Shown here in pieces: positions 9,091 to 17,711 of a stretch of DNA of 35,431 bases. The stretch lies in IMG/VR virus record IMGVR_UViG_3300008111_002316; one strand, 5' to 3'. The notes under the pieces were generated by a model. That model saw only the letters and a list, made by a program, of their open reading frames with translations. It did no database searches and was not told where the DNA came from. This stretch comes from an uncultured virus (IMG/VR IMGVR_UViG_3300008111_002316) (lineage: Duplodnaviria > Heunggongvirae > Uroviricota > Caudoviricetes). Both the position numbers and the translations under genes were made by a program. Positions within the stretch are counted from its first letter, which is position 1. Every line of letters starts with the position of its first letter.

Positions 9091-9312
9091 AATGTCAATA
9101 GGAAATGTGCCAGTTTATAAATTGGCACACCTACCATAAAAAGGTAAAAATGTCAAGTCCCAATGTGCCAGTTTAAAAAGTGTCACAATAGGACTTGACA
9201 AAAAGTAAAATTTATGCAGGTGATACCCCTACCCCTCTTTTAGGCTAAAAAAGAAAGTGCCTCCTTTTTGTCCTAAATTTTTTTTTTGAAAATGAAAAAT
9301 CAATTTAGGCGT

Positions 9313-10194
9313 AAAACTGTACTACTTAACCAAAATCAATAAAACTCAATCATATCAAGGGTTTTAGCGTTTTTACTTTAAAAAACACCATTTTAAAATC
9401 AATAAAGCCCAGTCATAGTATAGCTTTGACCTGTTTGTACTATGTAGTAGGGGGGATAACTTTATTTTTTTTTTATCTACTACGCCTTTAATCATCGCAG
9501 TTTAGGTACAAAAAAAACATAAACTATATAGAATGAGCAAATTAAAGCATTCGGAAGTCCTAATAAGGTGAGTCTGTTTTTTTTTTTTTTGCTTTAACAG
9601 GGCGGGTTTTAGACTTTTCCGTATAGTGGCTTTTTTCTTTTAGCATTGTTCCACTTTAAGGTGGACATACACTACAGACAATAATAAACAGCCTTTTACC
9701 ACACTTCAGAGCGGGTCGTGATACTTTTACTATTAAACGAATTTGTAATGGTCTAAGGGGTTAAAAATGGGTAAATGAGCAAATGTGGGCTAAATATTTA
9801 AAATATGTATTTAATTTTTGGTAGGTTGATTTTTGAATACCCTAGAATTAAAGTAATCTAGTATCCTATCCCCCATTCTATTTTTTTTTTTCGCTATGTA
9901 TATAGCATAGCATGGGTATAAACAAAATGTCAAGGGGTAGTGGAAAAATATTTTTTTTGGGGGGTGGGGTAAGGGAGAGAGGCAAAAAAGTATGAGAGTT
10001 TTTAAACTGCGATGATTAAAAGTGTAGTAGATAAAAAAAATAAAGTTATCCCCCCTACTACATAGTACAAACAGGTCTAAGCTATGCTATGACTGAATTT
10101 TATTGATTTTTAAATGGTGTTTTTTAAAGTCAAAAATGTTAAAACCCTTAATAAGATTGAGTTTTATTGATTTTTAGAGGGGTAGTACAGTTTT
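9313..10194. repeat. Non-coding element with ~190-bp inverted arms (copy 1)
   Basis: 9313-9504 is an imperfect reverse complement of 10003-10194; core GACCTGTTTGTACTATGTAGTAGGGGGGATAACTTTATTTTTTT. Confidence 0.9.
9904..9933 (-). promoter_or_regulatory. Internal promoter of the inverted-repeat element
   Basis: TTGACA-N18-TATGCT with TG extension; conserved in copy 2 (35317-35346, TATGAT). Confidence 0.6.
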
Positions 10195-10269
10195 TTGAGT
10201 ACAGCGAAAAACAACAAAAAAAGCCCCTCTTTTGGGACTAAAAGAAGGGTTAAACGGCTAAAGTGGAAA

Positions 10270-11154
10270 TCAAAGAGAACAGGTAGAACCAAGTCGATAT
10301 TTGATGTCAAAAGCTAACTGACGATTAAAGGAACTCCAATGTTCAAGGGAACGGGAATTAGAAAGATTAAAGCATTGTTCAGAAGGGAGATTGGTTAAAC
10401 ACCAGCTTAAAAGTTTAGGTTGGTCAACGTCAGTATTAAGAGAAGTAATACCGGGACGTTGAATAGAAATACAATAAGGAATACAGGATTGAGAAAGGAT
10501 ATAAGATTGGAGAATGGATAATTCATGAGGATTACGGATAGCACCAATAACAACATCATGACGACGTTGGAGAAGCAAAAAATCTAAAGAATGACGAAGA
10601 AAAGGGGCAGAAAACTCTGGGTCAATTTTATCACGCATAACAGACCAAGAGCAGATTTCCAAATCTTTTAAAGAAAGATGGTCAACACTATCGGGCAAAA
10701 GAATATGGGTGATAAAACGGTGAGTCATGTCATAAAGAGAAACATTATAAGCACCATAAGTGTCAGAATAAAACTTGGAACAATAATGATAGGAAGCCAA
10801 AGAGGTATTAGAGTAATGACGGTGTAGAAATTCAAAACATCTGTCAAAAAGAATACCCATTTTGTTATTAAGAAAACGGTAAAAATTTGGAACAGAAGCC
10901 TTACCTTCAGGGGTATGCAAAGAACCGGACGGTAAATCGCACATAGACTCTAAGAAGGTTTTTAGGTCTTGAATAGGATGGAGAGGAACAAAAGAATGTT
11001 CCTGAAAAGCGTTTTGAGCAACGGATTTACCAGAACCAGAATCACCAAAGATAAGAACCAATTTAGGTAGAATTGATAAATTGGGGGAAGCAATACTAGA
11101 CATAGGAAAAAGTGGTAGGATTAAACTATACAATATAGTATAGCTTAAGTCCAA
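10270..11154 (-). CDS. P-loop protein, deoxynucleoside monophosphate kinase-like
   Basis: LVLIFGDSGSGKS, VVIGAIRNPHEL and ISIQRPG resemble phage dNMP kinases; true start probably the internal Met (MSSIAS). Confidence 0.6.
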   Translation of the reverse strand: MDLSYTILYSLILPLFPMSSIASPNLSILPKLVLIFGDSGSGKSVAQNAFQEHSFVPLHPIQDLKTFLESMCDLPSGSLHTPEGKASVPNFYRFLNNKMGILFDRCFEFLHRHYSNTSLASYHYCSKFYSDTYGAYNVSLYDMTHRFITHILLPDSVDHLSLKDLEICSWSVMRDKIDPEFSAPFLRHSLDFLLLQRRHDVVIGAIRNPHELSILQSYILSQSCIPYCISIQRPGITSLNTDVDQPKLLSWCLTNLPSEQCFNLSNSRSLEHWSSFNRQLAFDIKYRLGSTCSL

Positions 11155-11258
11155 AAAAAAAAGTCAACTATTTTAGAGTTGACTTTCAAAATTAATTTTC
11201 AGGGAAATGAGACTCCAAATAGTTCCTAATTTCCTGAATTTTTGCCTGTTGATAGCTG

Positions 11259-11384
11259 TTAAAAAGAGACAGAAAAGATTGAGTGGTGAAGCCAAAGTGT
11301 AAGCACAAACAATCCCACGAAAAAAAACTGGTGGTAGTTTTTGGCTACTAGAAATTTTTGAGCAATTAATTCATCGTCTGTCAT
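11259..11384 (-). CDS. 41-aa hydrophobic peptide
   Basis: MTDDELIAQKFLVAKNYHQFFFVGLFVLTLWLHHSIFSVSF with a GAGG RBS, between two copies of the same hairpin. Confidence 0.4.
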   Translation of the reverse strand: MTDDELIAQKFLVAKNYHQFFFVGLFVLTLWLHHSIFSVSF

Positions 11385-11456
11385 GGGTAAAGTCCTCTAG
11401 GGAATAAAAAAAAAATAATCGCACATTTTAGGTATTATAAGCGAAAACTTGAAAAA

Positions 11457-11481
11457 AAGTCAACTATTTTAGAGTTGACTT
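11457..11481 (-). terminator. Terminator hairpin after nrdA, duplicated at ~11160-11185
   Basis: AAGTCAACT-ATTTT(T)AG-AGTTGACTT with an A run on the + strand side. Confidence 0.7.
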
Positions 11482-11497
11482 GTTAGAAAAAGTTTAA

Positions 11498-13030
11498 TTA
11501 ATCACCGGCACAAGCTTCACAATATTGGGAATCGAGATTACAGACAACAACATCAGAAGAAGAAAAAGGGTAGTCGTCAGAATCAAATAAAGCATCAAAG
11601 TCAACGTCTGATACAGATTGAGAATTAGGCAGATAGGAAAGAGCATCAAGAGCCTCATCGGAAATGACACGAGACTTATCGTTAGAAGATTGGAGAGTTG
11701 CCAGACGGTAGTAAGTAGTTTTGAGGTCAGAAGCAAGGAAAGTATCAATAAAAGATTCATCAACAGGACAAGTATCCCAAATATTAGCGGAAATAGAATG
11801 GCTAAGACCAGTAGAGTCCATTAAACGTTGCCAAATATTAAGAAGTCGCCATTGAGTATCCCAACCGACATGGGAAGCAATTTGAACGTTGGGGTGAAAA
11901 TGAAAAATTTGAGAACCAAAAGTTTCAGAGGTACGTTCAATAGAACGACTTAAAGGAGGGCTAATTTCAGGAGTAATAGAGAAGCCTTGAGAATCAAAAT
12001 GCTTAGTAAAAGAGGTTGCGGTAGGAGCAACGCAGAAAACACGGTCAAAGTTGTAAAGCTGACCAATATCAGCCGCTTCATGGTAGCCTAAAGCAAGATA
12101 GAAAGCAATTTGTTGGGGAAGATGGAAAGAAGAAACAAACGGAAGAGTACAACGGAGAATATCAGGACGGAAACCAGAAGTCATCTCTTCAATGGACTCT
12201 AAAGCAGAAACGAAATCGGAATAGGAAACATCATGGATAGCTAAAAAAGAAGCTAAACCAATAACACCAAGTCCAATTTGTTTGTCTTCGGCAGGGGAAA
12301 GATATTGACCAGTTTCACCAACACCAGTAAGAGGATGTAAACGAGCTAACCATTCAGCCCCTTGACGGAAAGCAGTGGGAATCTCATGAGGAGAAAGTAA
12401 ACCCAAATTGATATTAGAGATAAGACAGGTAGCCCGACTTTTTAGTAAAATTTCTAAACAAACATTACTATAAAGACGTTCACCATGTTTATCGTATTGC
12501 TTTTTAGCTAACCAAACAGTACCATTGTCAACAGCTTCAGCTAATTTTGCTTTGATAGGATGAGTTTTTAGACCATCATCAACGTACATGGCTAATTTAA
12601 TCCAAGCATTTTCAAATTCGTCAGCATTTAAAAAAGCCAAAGCGTCAGGGTTATCGTAGTCTAGATAAACAGTAACAGCCCCATTTTTAAAAACCCCTCC
12701 TCGACGAAGAGTTTCATTAAGTCGAGAGTAAAGAGACATAAAACTAACAGCACCAGAAGCGACAAGACCTTTATCGTTAGTAGAACCAGAGGGGCGTAAA
12801 GAGTTAAGGTCAATAGCACAGCCTGCGGCATTACGAAGAGCATGAGAAGTAAAAATCCAACTAGCTTCAATGCCATTATCACCTTCCATAGAGTCTTCGA
12901 CATGGAAGACAGTACAACTAACAGGAAGACGACCTTCGCCCCAATCCCGAACACGACCAGTAAGAGCTAATCCATGTGGGATTTCGTTAAAAAGGTCATT
13001 TTTTAAAGCTTGACGTTCGGATTCAATCAT
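11498..13030 (-). CDS. nrdA: Ribonucleotide reductase alpha subunit, short cyanophage class I type
   Basis: GRLPVSCTVF, SNVCLE (N-C-E), QIGLGVIGLA, APTATS, the TYYR tyrosine pair typical of class I, and C-terminal CEAC. Confidence 0.92.
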   Translation of the reverse strand: MIESERQALKNDLFNEIPHGLALTGRVRDWGEGRLPVSCTVFHVEDSMEGDNGIEASWIFTSHALRNAAGCAIDLNSLRPSGSTNDKGLVASGAVSFMSLYSRLNETLRRGGVFKNGAVTVYLDYDNPDALAFLNADEFENAWIKLAMYVDDGLKTHPIKAKLAEAVDNGTVWLAKKQYDKHGERLYSNVCLEILLKSRATCLISNINLGLLSPHEIPTAFRQGAEWLARLHPLTGVGETGQYLSPAEDKQIGLGVIGLASFLAIHDVSYSDFVSALESIEEMTSGFRPDILRCTLPFVSSFHLPQQIAFYLALGYHEAADIGQLYNFDRVFCVAPTATSFTKHFDSQGFSITPEISPPLSRSIERTSETFGSQIFHFHPNVQIASHVGWDTQWRLLNIWQRLMDSTGLSHSISANIWDTCPVDESFIDTFLASDLKTTYYRLATLQSSNDKSRVISDEALDALSYLPNSQSVSDVDFDALFDSDDYPFSSSDVVVCNLDSQYCEACAGD

Positions 13031-13080
13031 TGAAAAATCTCCAAAAAAGTAAAAAGGTTGACAAAAAGAAGACTCAAAAA

Positions 13081-13443
13081 TTATTGAGGTGGTTTATTGA
13101 AAGGGGGAGTCTCTAAACCAAGAGACTGTTTTTGCATCGTCAACAAAAGAATATGCTGAGAGACAGTTTTTTGAAACAGCAAAGTAATTAACTCTTTGAT
13201 GCGTTCACTGCGAGCATTTAAATCTGGGATAGAAAACCGAATATGAGTGGCATTACGGGGCAAAAAATCACAGCTAAAAGCTTTATCGACTTCAAGCATC
13301 ATTCGTGCTAACTCGAATTGGTTAGGCAGGGAAAGATTTTGAGCAATATCTAAACGATTCTCTTCTTCATTGTGAAAAGAGCGGGTGTGAGCAAAGATGG
13401 TTGGCTCGTCTTCAGGATAATTTTCAGGGTTTAAAACAGGCAT
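13081..13443 (-). CDS. Hypothetical protein
   Basis: 120-aa ORF co-oriented with nrdA. Confidence 0.65.
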   Translation of the reverse strand: MPVLNPENYPEDEPTIFAHTRSFHNEEENRLDIAQNLSLPNQFELARMMLEVDKAFSCDFLPRNATHIRFSIPDLNARSERIKELITLLFQKTVSQHILLLTMQKQSLGLETPPFNKPPQ

Positions 13444-13520
13444 AAGCAGAAATTTTCAGGTTCTAAAACAGGCTTGAAGTAAATTTGAACAGAGTTTCGT
13501 AAATAGTATTTATTGTTGTA

Positions 13521-13769
13521 CTACCCTGATAATACTAGCATTCCTTCAATATTAGGACGGTCATTTTCTTCTGATTTTTCGTAAGTCGCTTCTTTGGCTT
13601 TATCAATCCAAGCATTAATTTGATCGTGTCTAATTGCTCCATAATCGACTTCATCATCAACTTCATTTTCAATCTTAATTCCTATAATTGAGAAACAGAA
13701 TAAAAAATTGTATAAATCAGTTTCGTTGACCGATTGTACTAACTCTTTAAGAACTTGTTTAGCGTCCAT
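13521..13769 (-). CDS. Hypothetical protein (start revised to MDAKQ)
   Basis: GGAG RBS before ATG 13769; the upstream codons (KQEMNVNIF) belong to a TnpB-end remnant. Confidence 0.6.
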   Translation of the reverse strand: MDAKQVLKELVQSVNETDLYNFLFCFSIIGIKIENEVDDEVDYGAIRHDQINAWIDKAKEATYEKSEENDRPNIEGMLVLSG

Positions 13770-13779
13770 TGTTATTTCT

Positions 13780-13875
13780 CCGTTATAAAAAATGTTAACA
13801 TTCATTTCTTGCTTCACTGTGGTAAGGACGTCCTAACACCACTCCACAAGCTAACACGAGCTAACTGCCCGCTTT
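13780..13875 (-). mobile_element. IS607/IS605-type TnpB 3' end and right-end remnant
   Basis: GTGTTAGCTTGTGGAGTGGTG...ACCACAGTGAAGCAAGAA...ATAACGG resembles the VLACG...VKQE tail of cyanobacterial TnpB and a GG-terminated IS607 end; no tnpB ORF. Confidence 0.5.
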
Positions 13876-13951
13876 ACCCTAGTTAAAAGGGGTTTTGACC
13901 CGTTATAATTAAGCTTGGTTTTCGCCTAACTAATTTTGTTGGGTTAAACCC

Positions 13952-13980
13952 AGTATAACAGATGGTAGTTATGATGTCAA
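13952..13980 (-). promoter_or_regulatory. Sigma70-like promoter
   Basis: TTGACA-N17-TATACT on the - strand. Confidence 0.75.
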
Positions 13981-14002
13981 GGGGGTTTGAGAAAAAAAAT
14001 TT

Positions 14003-14140
14003 TTAAGAATTGCGAGCTTTTTTACGAAGGGCGAAAACGGATTCAACGGGATTAGAAGTAGTTTTGCGGGGTTGTTTAGGGGAATCATTAGACCGTTTAC
14101 GACTTTCTTGACGACCATCCCCACCAGAAGTTTTTACCAT
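14003..14140 (-). CDS. 45-aa basic protein (not in ORF track)
   Basis: MVKTSGGDGRQESRKRSNDSPKQPRKTTSNPVESVFALRKKARNS, with T-ending codon bias like its neighbours. Confidence 0.5.
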   Translation of the reverse strand: MVKTSGGDGRQESRKRSNDSPKQPRKTTSNPVESVFALRKKARNS

Positions 14141-14205
14141 AAAAAAAATTGGAAACACTACACTAGAAAAGCGAGCGTGACCAATTTTTTTTGCTTGAAC
14201 GAGGA

Positions 14206-14502
14206 TTAATTATCACCCAAAACTTCGTATTGACCATCTATCGACGGCAAAAGACTGTTTTTGGTTTCGGGACTAACTAATAAGTTGGCAGTAACGGTAG
14301 TTTCAACAAAAGAGCCATTATTGGCTGGAAACGTTCTAAGATGCTCAGAAAAATCTAGTTGAAAAGGAGTATTGGGAGGCAATTTTTCTAAAACAAAGTC
14401 GAGTATTTGCCCATAAAGAGAGTGACGAATAGCGGAGTGTTGAGCTTGGTAATAGGTAGAATGGCACTGGTTAGAGACGGATATAGTTTCTAAAATAATC
14501 AT
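14206..14502 (-). CDS. Hypothetical protein
   Basis: 98 aa, AGGA RBS. Confidence 0.6.
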   Translation of the reverse strand: MIILETISVSNQCHSTYYQAQHSAIRHSLYGQILDFVLEKLPPNTPFQLDFSEHLRTFPANNGSFVETTVTANLLVSPETKNSLLPSIDGQYEVLGDN

Positions 14503-14512
14503 GTGTTTTGTC

Positions 14513-14929
14513 CTATTTTATTGCATACTTAAGATTTTCTAGATTAAGATATTCTAGACTGAGAAAATATAAGCAAGACATCTCTCCTTCTACAAATATA
14601 ATTGAAGCTATTGCAATAGTTACAGCAAAAAGATTAGTATTCTTTTTAAGCTGGTCAGGAACATTGACTCTGAAAAACAATATTACTGTAGCTAACAATA
14701 GTTGATTTTTGATAACTTCACGAAAATTCAGTACAGTATTTTCGTTTATTACACCATACGCATAAACTAGCCCATTGGCAATAGTGCGGTTGTAACAATG
14801 TTTAAGCAATGCTGAAAACTGTGGTTTTTGTTTTGCTTCATTGACTAAATCAGCGATAAAATCTTTTGTTGATTTAGGTAAATTATCGCAAACACTTTTG
14901 ATAGCTATTGCACCTCCGTAACTAATCAT
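14513..14929 (-). CDS. Hypothetical protein with hydrophobic segments
   Basis: 138 aa, AAGGAG RBS, upstream TTGACA. Confidence 0.65.
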   Translation of the reverse strand: MISYGGAIAIKSVCDNLPKSTKDFIADLVNEAKQKPQFSALLKHCYNRTIANGLVYAYGVINENTVLNFREVIKNQLLLATVILFFRVNVPDQLKKNTNLFAVTIAIASIIFVEGEMSCLYFLSLEYLNLENLKYAIK

Positions 14930-15004
14930 TTTTTTTGCTCCTTAGACGTTTTGCACTTATTTACATAATATAGCACATTCAAGACAAAATGTCAATAAAT
15001 AAGT

Positions 15005-15724
15005 TCAAATACCGACAGATTGTGTAAGCGAAGCTTTATTTTCTGTCTTCAGGTAGGTAGAGACATTAAAATCATCCTTAAAACGACCCCTAGCTCTATC
15101 AGACTCCTCTATAACATGACACCAGCCCATTTTTTGACATTCTTCTTTAACTTTGCGTCCTCCTCCATAAACAGTGAAAAAAATGTCAGAAGTACCAGCG
15201 TGGCGACAAGCCATATCAAATTCTTCATAGGTAGCGGCAATACCATCGGAATAGCCATGAGTACAGTAAGCATCCCAACCTTTAGGAACGCCTAAAAGAG
15301 CAATATCCTGAAATTCAGTAGGAACATTTACATCAACAAGAATACGAATACCTGCTTCAGCCCAATAACGAGAAAGCCAACGTTTTTTAAAAATTAGTTC
15401 AATAGCGATAGCTTTAGGAGTTTGAAGAGTAATGGTGTAGTTAACTTCACCAACAAGAGTGATTGAAGTATCGATTAATTTAGAAGGATTTTTCCAATGA
15501 CCATTAAAGCGATAATCGTCGGTATAGTGAAAGACAGTACCGGTAAGTGATTTGTTGCGAGCCTTAGCCCCCCAAATATTAATAGGAGTTTCTGGCCATT
15601 TACCCGCCATATTCAAAGGAAGGACAGGGATGCCCCATTCATTGTCAGTGGGAAACATCCAAGTTACAATATTATTACCTATGGGATTTAACAATTCTTT
15701 GATAGCCATGAAAAAAGATTTCAC
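15005..15724 (-). CDS. DUF4417-like protein
   Basis: N.WGIP.L, FHYTDDYRF, KKRWLSRYWAEAGIRI, GVPKG, VYGG; true start uncertain. Confidence 0.7.
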   Translation of the reverse strand: MKSFFMAIKELLNPIGNNIVTWMFPTDNEWGIPVLPLNMAGKWPETPINIWGAKARNKSLTGTVFHYTDDYRFNGHWKNPSKLIDTSITLVGEVNYTITLQTPKAIAIELIFKKRWLSRYWAEAGIRILVDVNVPTEFQDIALLGVPKGWDAYCTHGYSDGIAATYEEFDMACRHAGTSDIFFTVYGGGRKVKEECQKMGWCHVIEESDRARGRFKDDFNVSTYLKTENKASLTQSVGI

Positions 15725-15762
15725 TCAAAGTAAAGATATATCTTAGCATAAGGAAAAAAGAA

Positions 15763-16227
15763 ATGTCAAATAACGAACAACAAATTCCCACATTTGCGGA
15801 ATATCTATTCAAGCCCCAGAGAAGTGCAAAGTTACTATATGGTACATTTGTACTAAGAGATAAAGACCAAAAACAATTATGTGCGGTAGTGGCTACATCT
15901 GGGGCGGCAGGGTATCAAAATTGGACAGATTTTCAAAGGATAGGAAAGGGATTGATTCCGCCCTATGACAAATTTCAAATCAGAACCGATGGGTATCGAT
16001 TAGCAACAAAAGGAATCGAAGGTATGTTTTATCCGATAGAACCTAGTCCTGTCCCTATCTATGGAAGGTCTGAATTAGGGTTGCATTTTGACGCAAACGT
16101 ACCTGGTTCAGCCGGATGTATTGTGATAGAAAACAAAAACAGTTTTTTAAAAACAATAGTCCCTTTAATGTTAAAAGCGAAAAATGCAAAAATACTTAGA
16201 ATCCCGTTAAAAGTCAATTTTAGCTAA
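15763..16227 (+). CDS. L,D-transpeptidase/Tlde1-like (YkuD-fold) peptidoglycan enzyme
   Basis: ATSG, G.IPP and RSELGLHFDANVPGSAGCIV (H...GS.GC catalytic motif). Confidence 0.7.
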   Translation: MSNNEQQIPTFAEYLFKPQRSAKLLYGTFVLRDKDQKQLCAVVATSGAAGYQNWTDFQRIGKGLIPPYDKFQIRTDGYRLATKGIEGMFYPIEPSPVPIYGRSELGLHFDANVPGSAGCIVIENKNSFLKTIVPLMLKAKNAKILRIPLKVNFS

Positions 16228-16674
16228 TGAGAAACTAAAAAGGTTTTGTAATTCATTATCAGAAAAACACCGACCTTTAAGCCAAGTCTCAAAAGTTAAG
16301 GGGGAATACTGAGGATTACGCTCGCTTAATAGATGAGGAAGTTTTGATTTAAAATCTAGAAATAAATCAAATTCTTCATCATTTAAACAAGATTTATTAC
16401 AGGTTAGAGGGTGCAAAAAAAGGAAACCACTGGGTAAAACAAAACGAAACTGAGGCTTAATAAGCAAGGTCATAACTGCTGAAGAACTAATAGCCTTAAT
16501 TACAATTAAAGGGGTGTGACAAATTTCAGCGATATGGATAGCTGAAAGAATGTCTCCCCCTTTAGAATTTACAAAAATCCTATTTACATTTAATTTTTGT
16601 AATGCGATAAAATAGGGAATTGTGTCGTGGTTAATAACGGAAATAGATGGCTTAAAATCAGGTAATAATTCCAT
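16207..16674 (-). CDS. ClpP/crotonase-like protease, divergent
   Basis: IFVNSKGGDILSAIHIA, AISSSA (putative nucleophile) and FLFLHP. Confidence 0.6.
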   Translation of the reverse strand: MELLPDFKPSISVINHDTIPYFIALQKLNVNRIFVNSKGGDILSAIHIAEICHTPLIVIKAISSSAVMTLLIKPQFRFVLPSGFLFLHPLTCNKSCLNDEEFDLFLDFKSKLPHLLSERNPQYSPLTFETWLKGRCFSDNELQNLFSFSLAKIDF

Positions 16675-16684
16675 AGATTATAAA

Positions 16685-17317
16685 ATGTTTAACTTCTTAA
16701 AACGGGTAGTAACAAAAAGATTATTAATTTATGCGGTAAATATAAGCGTGAATATTTTAGTGATTTATTTTCAAATTTGGGGACAAGAGAAAATAGATAC
16801 AAAAGAAAAAGTAATTCTTCAAAAATACGTAAAAACAAAAGATAACATTACAGTTACAAAGGATACAGAAAATTTAGTTTATTTATTAGATGGGTACATA
16901 ACCAAAAGTACAACTTTAAAAATGCCGAAAGGAATAGGATTAAATAAAGAGAACAAAGAAATACTGTTAGAAAATATTATAACATACGTTTCTACAAAGT
17001 ATCCAGAGTCAACAATTTTAAAATCAAATAATTACGAAATATTAGTGGATTTAGGTTATACTAAAAGGCAAATAAATTTTTTAGGGTGGGAAAAAGTGAG
17101 AATGGTTTTATTTGTAGCGGGAAGTAAAGATGATTATAAACTTTATTTAATAGCAACCGTTAAAATAGCTTCAGGAAACCCTTTTTTACCCCCTCCAAGC
17201 AAAGAATTTACCCAATTAGAAGGTGAATCCGCCCACAATGTTAAGGAGTATTTAGAAAGGTTTTTAGCAGATTTAGGAAAAGCAATAAGTGAACCCAAAA
17301 CAGACACTAGAGATTAA
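16685..17317 (+). CDS. Hypothetical protein with N-terminal hydrophobic segment
   Basis: Long ORF; ATG 16685 avoids overlap with the divergent ClpP-like gene. Confidence 0.6.
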   Translation: MFNFLKRVVTKRLLIYAVNISVNILVIYFQIWGQEKIDTKEKVILQKYVKTKDNITVTKDTENLVYLLDGYITKSTTLKMPKGIGLNKENKEILLENIITYVSTKYPESTILKSNNYEILVDLGYTKRQINFLGWEKVRMVLFVAGSKDDYKLYLIATVKIASGNPFLPPPSKEFTQLEGESAHNVKEYLERFLADLGKAISEPKTDTRD

Positions 17318-17711
17318 GCAAAAATTAGGAAAAGAATACTTTATAGCCATAGGTTTTATATTTTGGACTACAACTTTGGTGAGAGTAATAGGGGGTTTAA
17401 CAGACGAGCAATTTCAATATACATTGTTGCTATTATTATCATCTGTGACAAATTTTAGCATACCTATTTTGAAATATTTTATAAGAGGAGAAGCCAAAAA
17501 ACCAACAATTAAGTTTACATTAGAGGGAAGCAGTATAGTGTTAGGAGTGGCGAGAGTTTACGGAATAGCAATAAGTTTAACCAATCTGTTAAGAGTATTA
17601 CCTATTCCCACGTTAAGCGTATTTTCCACATATTTTACTATAATGAGTAGCATACAAGCAATATTTAGTGTTTGGCTGTCATGGATTTTAACTGAAGTTT
17701 TTGAAGATTAG
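17289..17711 (+). CDS. Hypothetical multi-pass (about 4 TM) membrane protein
   Basis: 140 aa with four hydrophobic stretches. Confidence 0.6.
   Translation: MNPKQTLEIKQKLGKEYFIAIGFIFWTTTLVRVIGGLTDEQFQYTLLLLLSSVTNFSIPILKYFIRGEAKKPTIKFTLEGSSIVLGVARVYGIAISLTNLLRVLPIPTLSVFSTYFTIMSSIQAIFSVWLSWILTEVFED

Larger units (their letters stand above)
5046..9187. repeat. Array of about 28 ~58-bp units in 8 blocks separating 7 gene cassettes
   Basis: Unit approx AAATGTCAATAGGTAA-TGTGCCAGTTTATAAATTGGCACA-TCTACCACAAAAAAGTAA. Cores at 5046,5102,5160 | 5614,5672,5730 | 5979,6036,6099,6157,6215,6272 | 6626,6684,6747,6805 | 7076,7134 | 7599,7662,7720 | 8602,8659,8717,8775,8833 | 9106,9164. Confidence 0.95.

Noticed and set aside
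5046..9187. CRISPR array (24-bp palindromic repeat with ~34-bp spacers)
   Set aside because: The spacers are near-identical copies of two linker types, the repeat centre varies, blocks are interrupted by genes, and no cas genes are present.
11498..13030. Class II (B12-dependent) NrdJ
   Set aside because: The C-terminal YY pair and a beta-like gene in the window favour class I.
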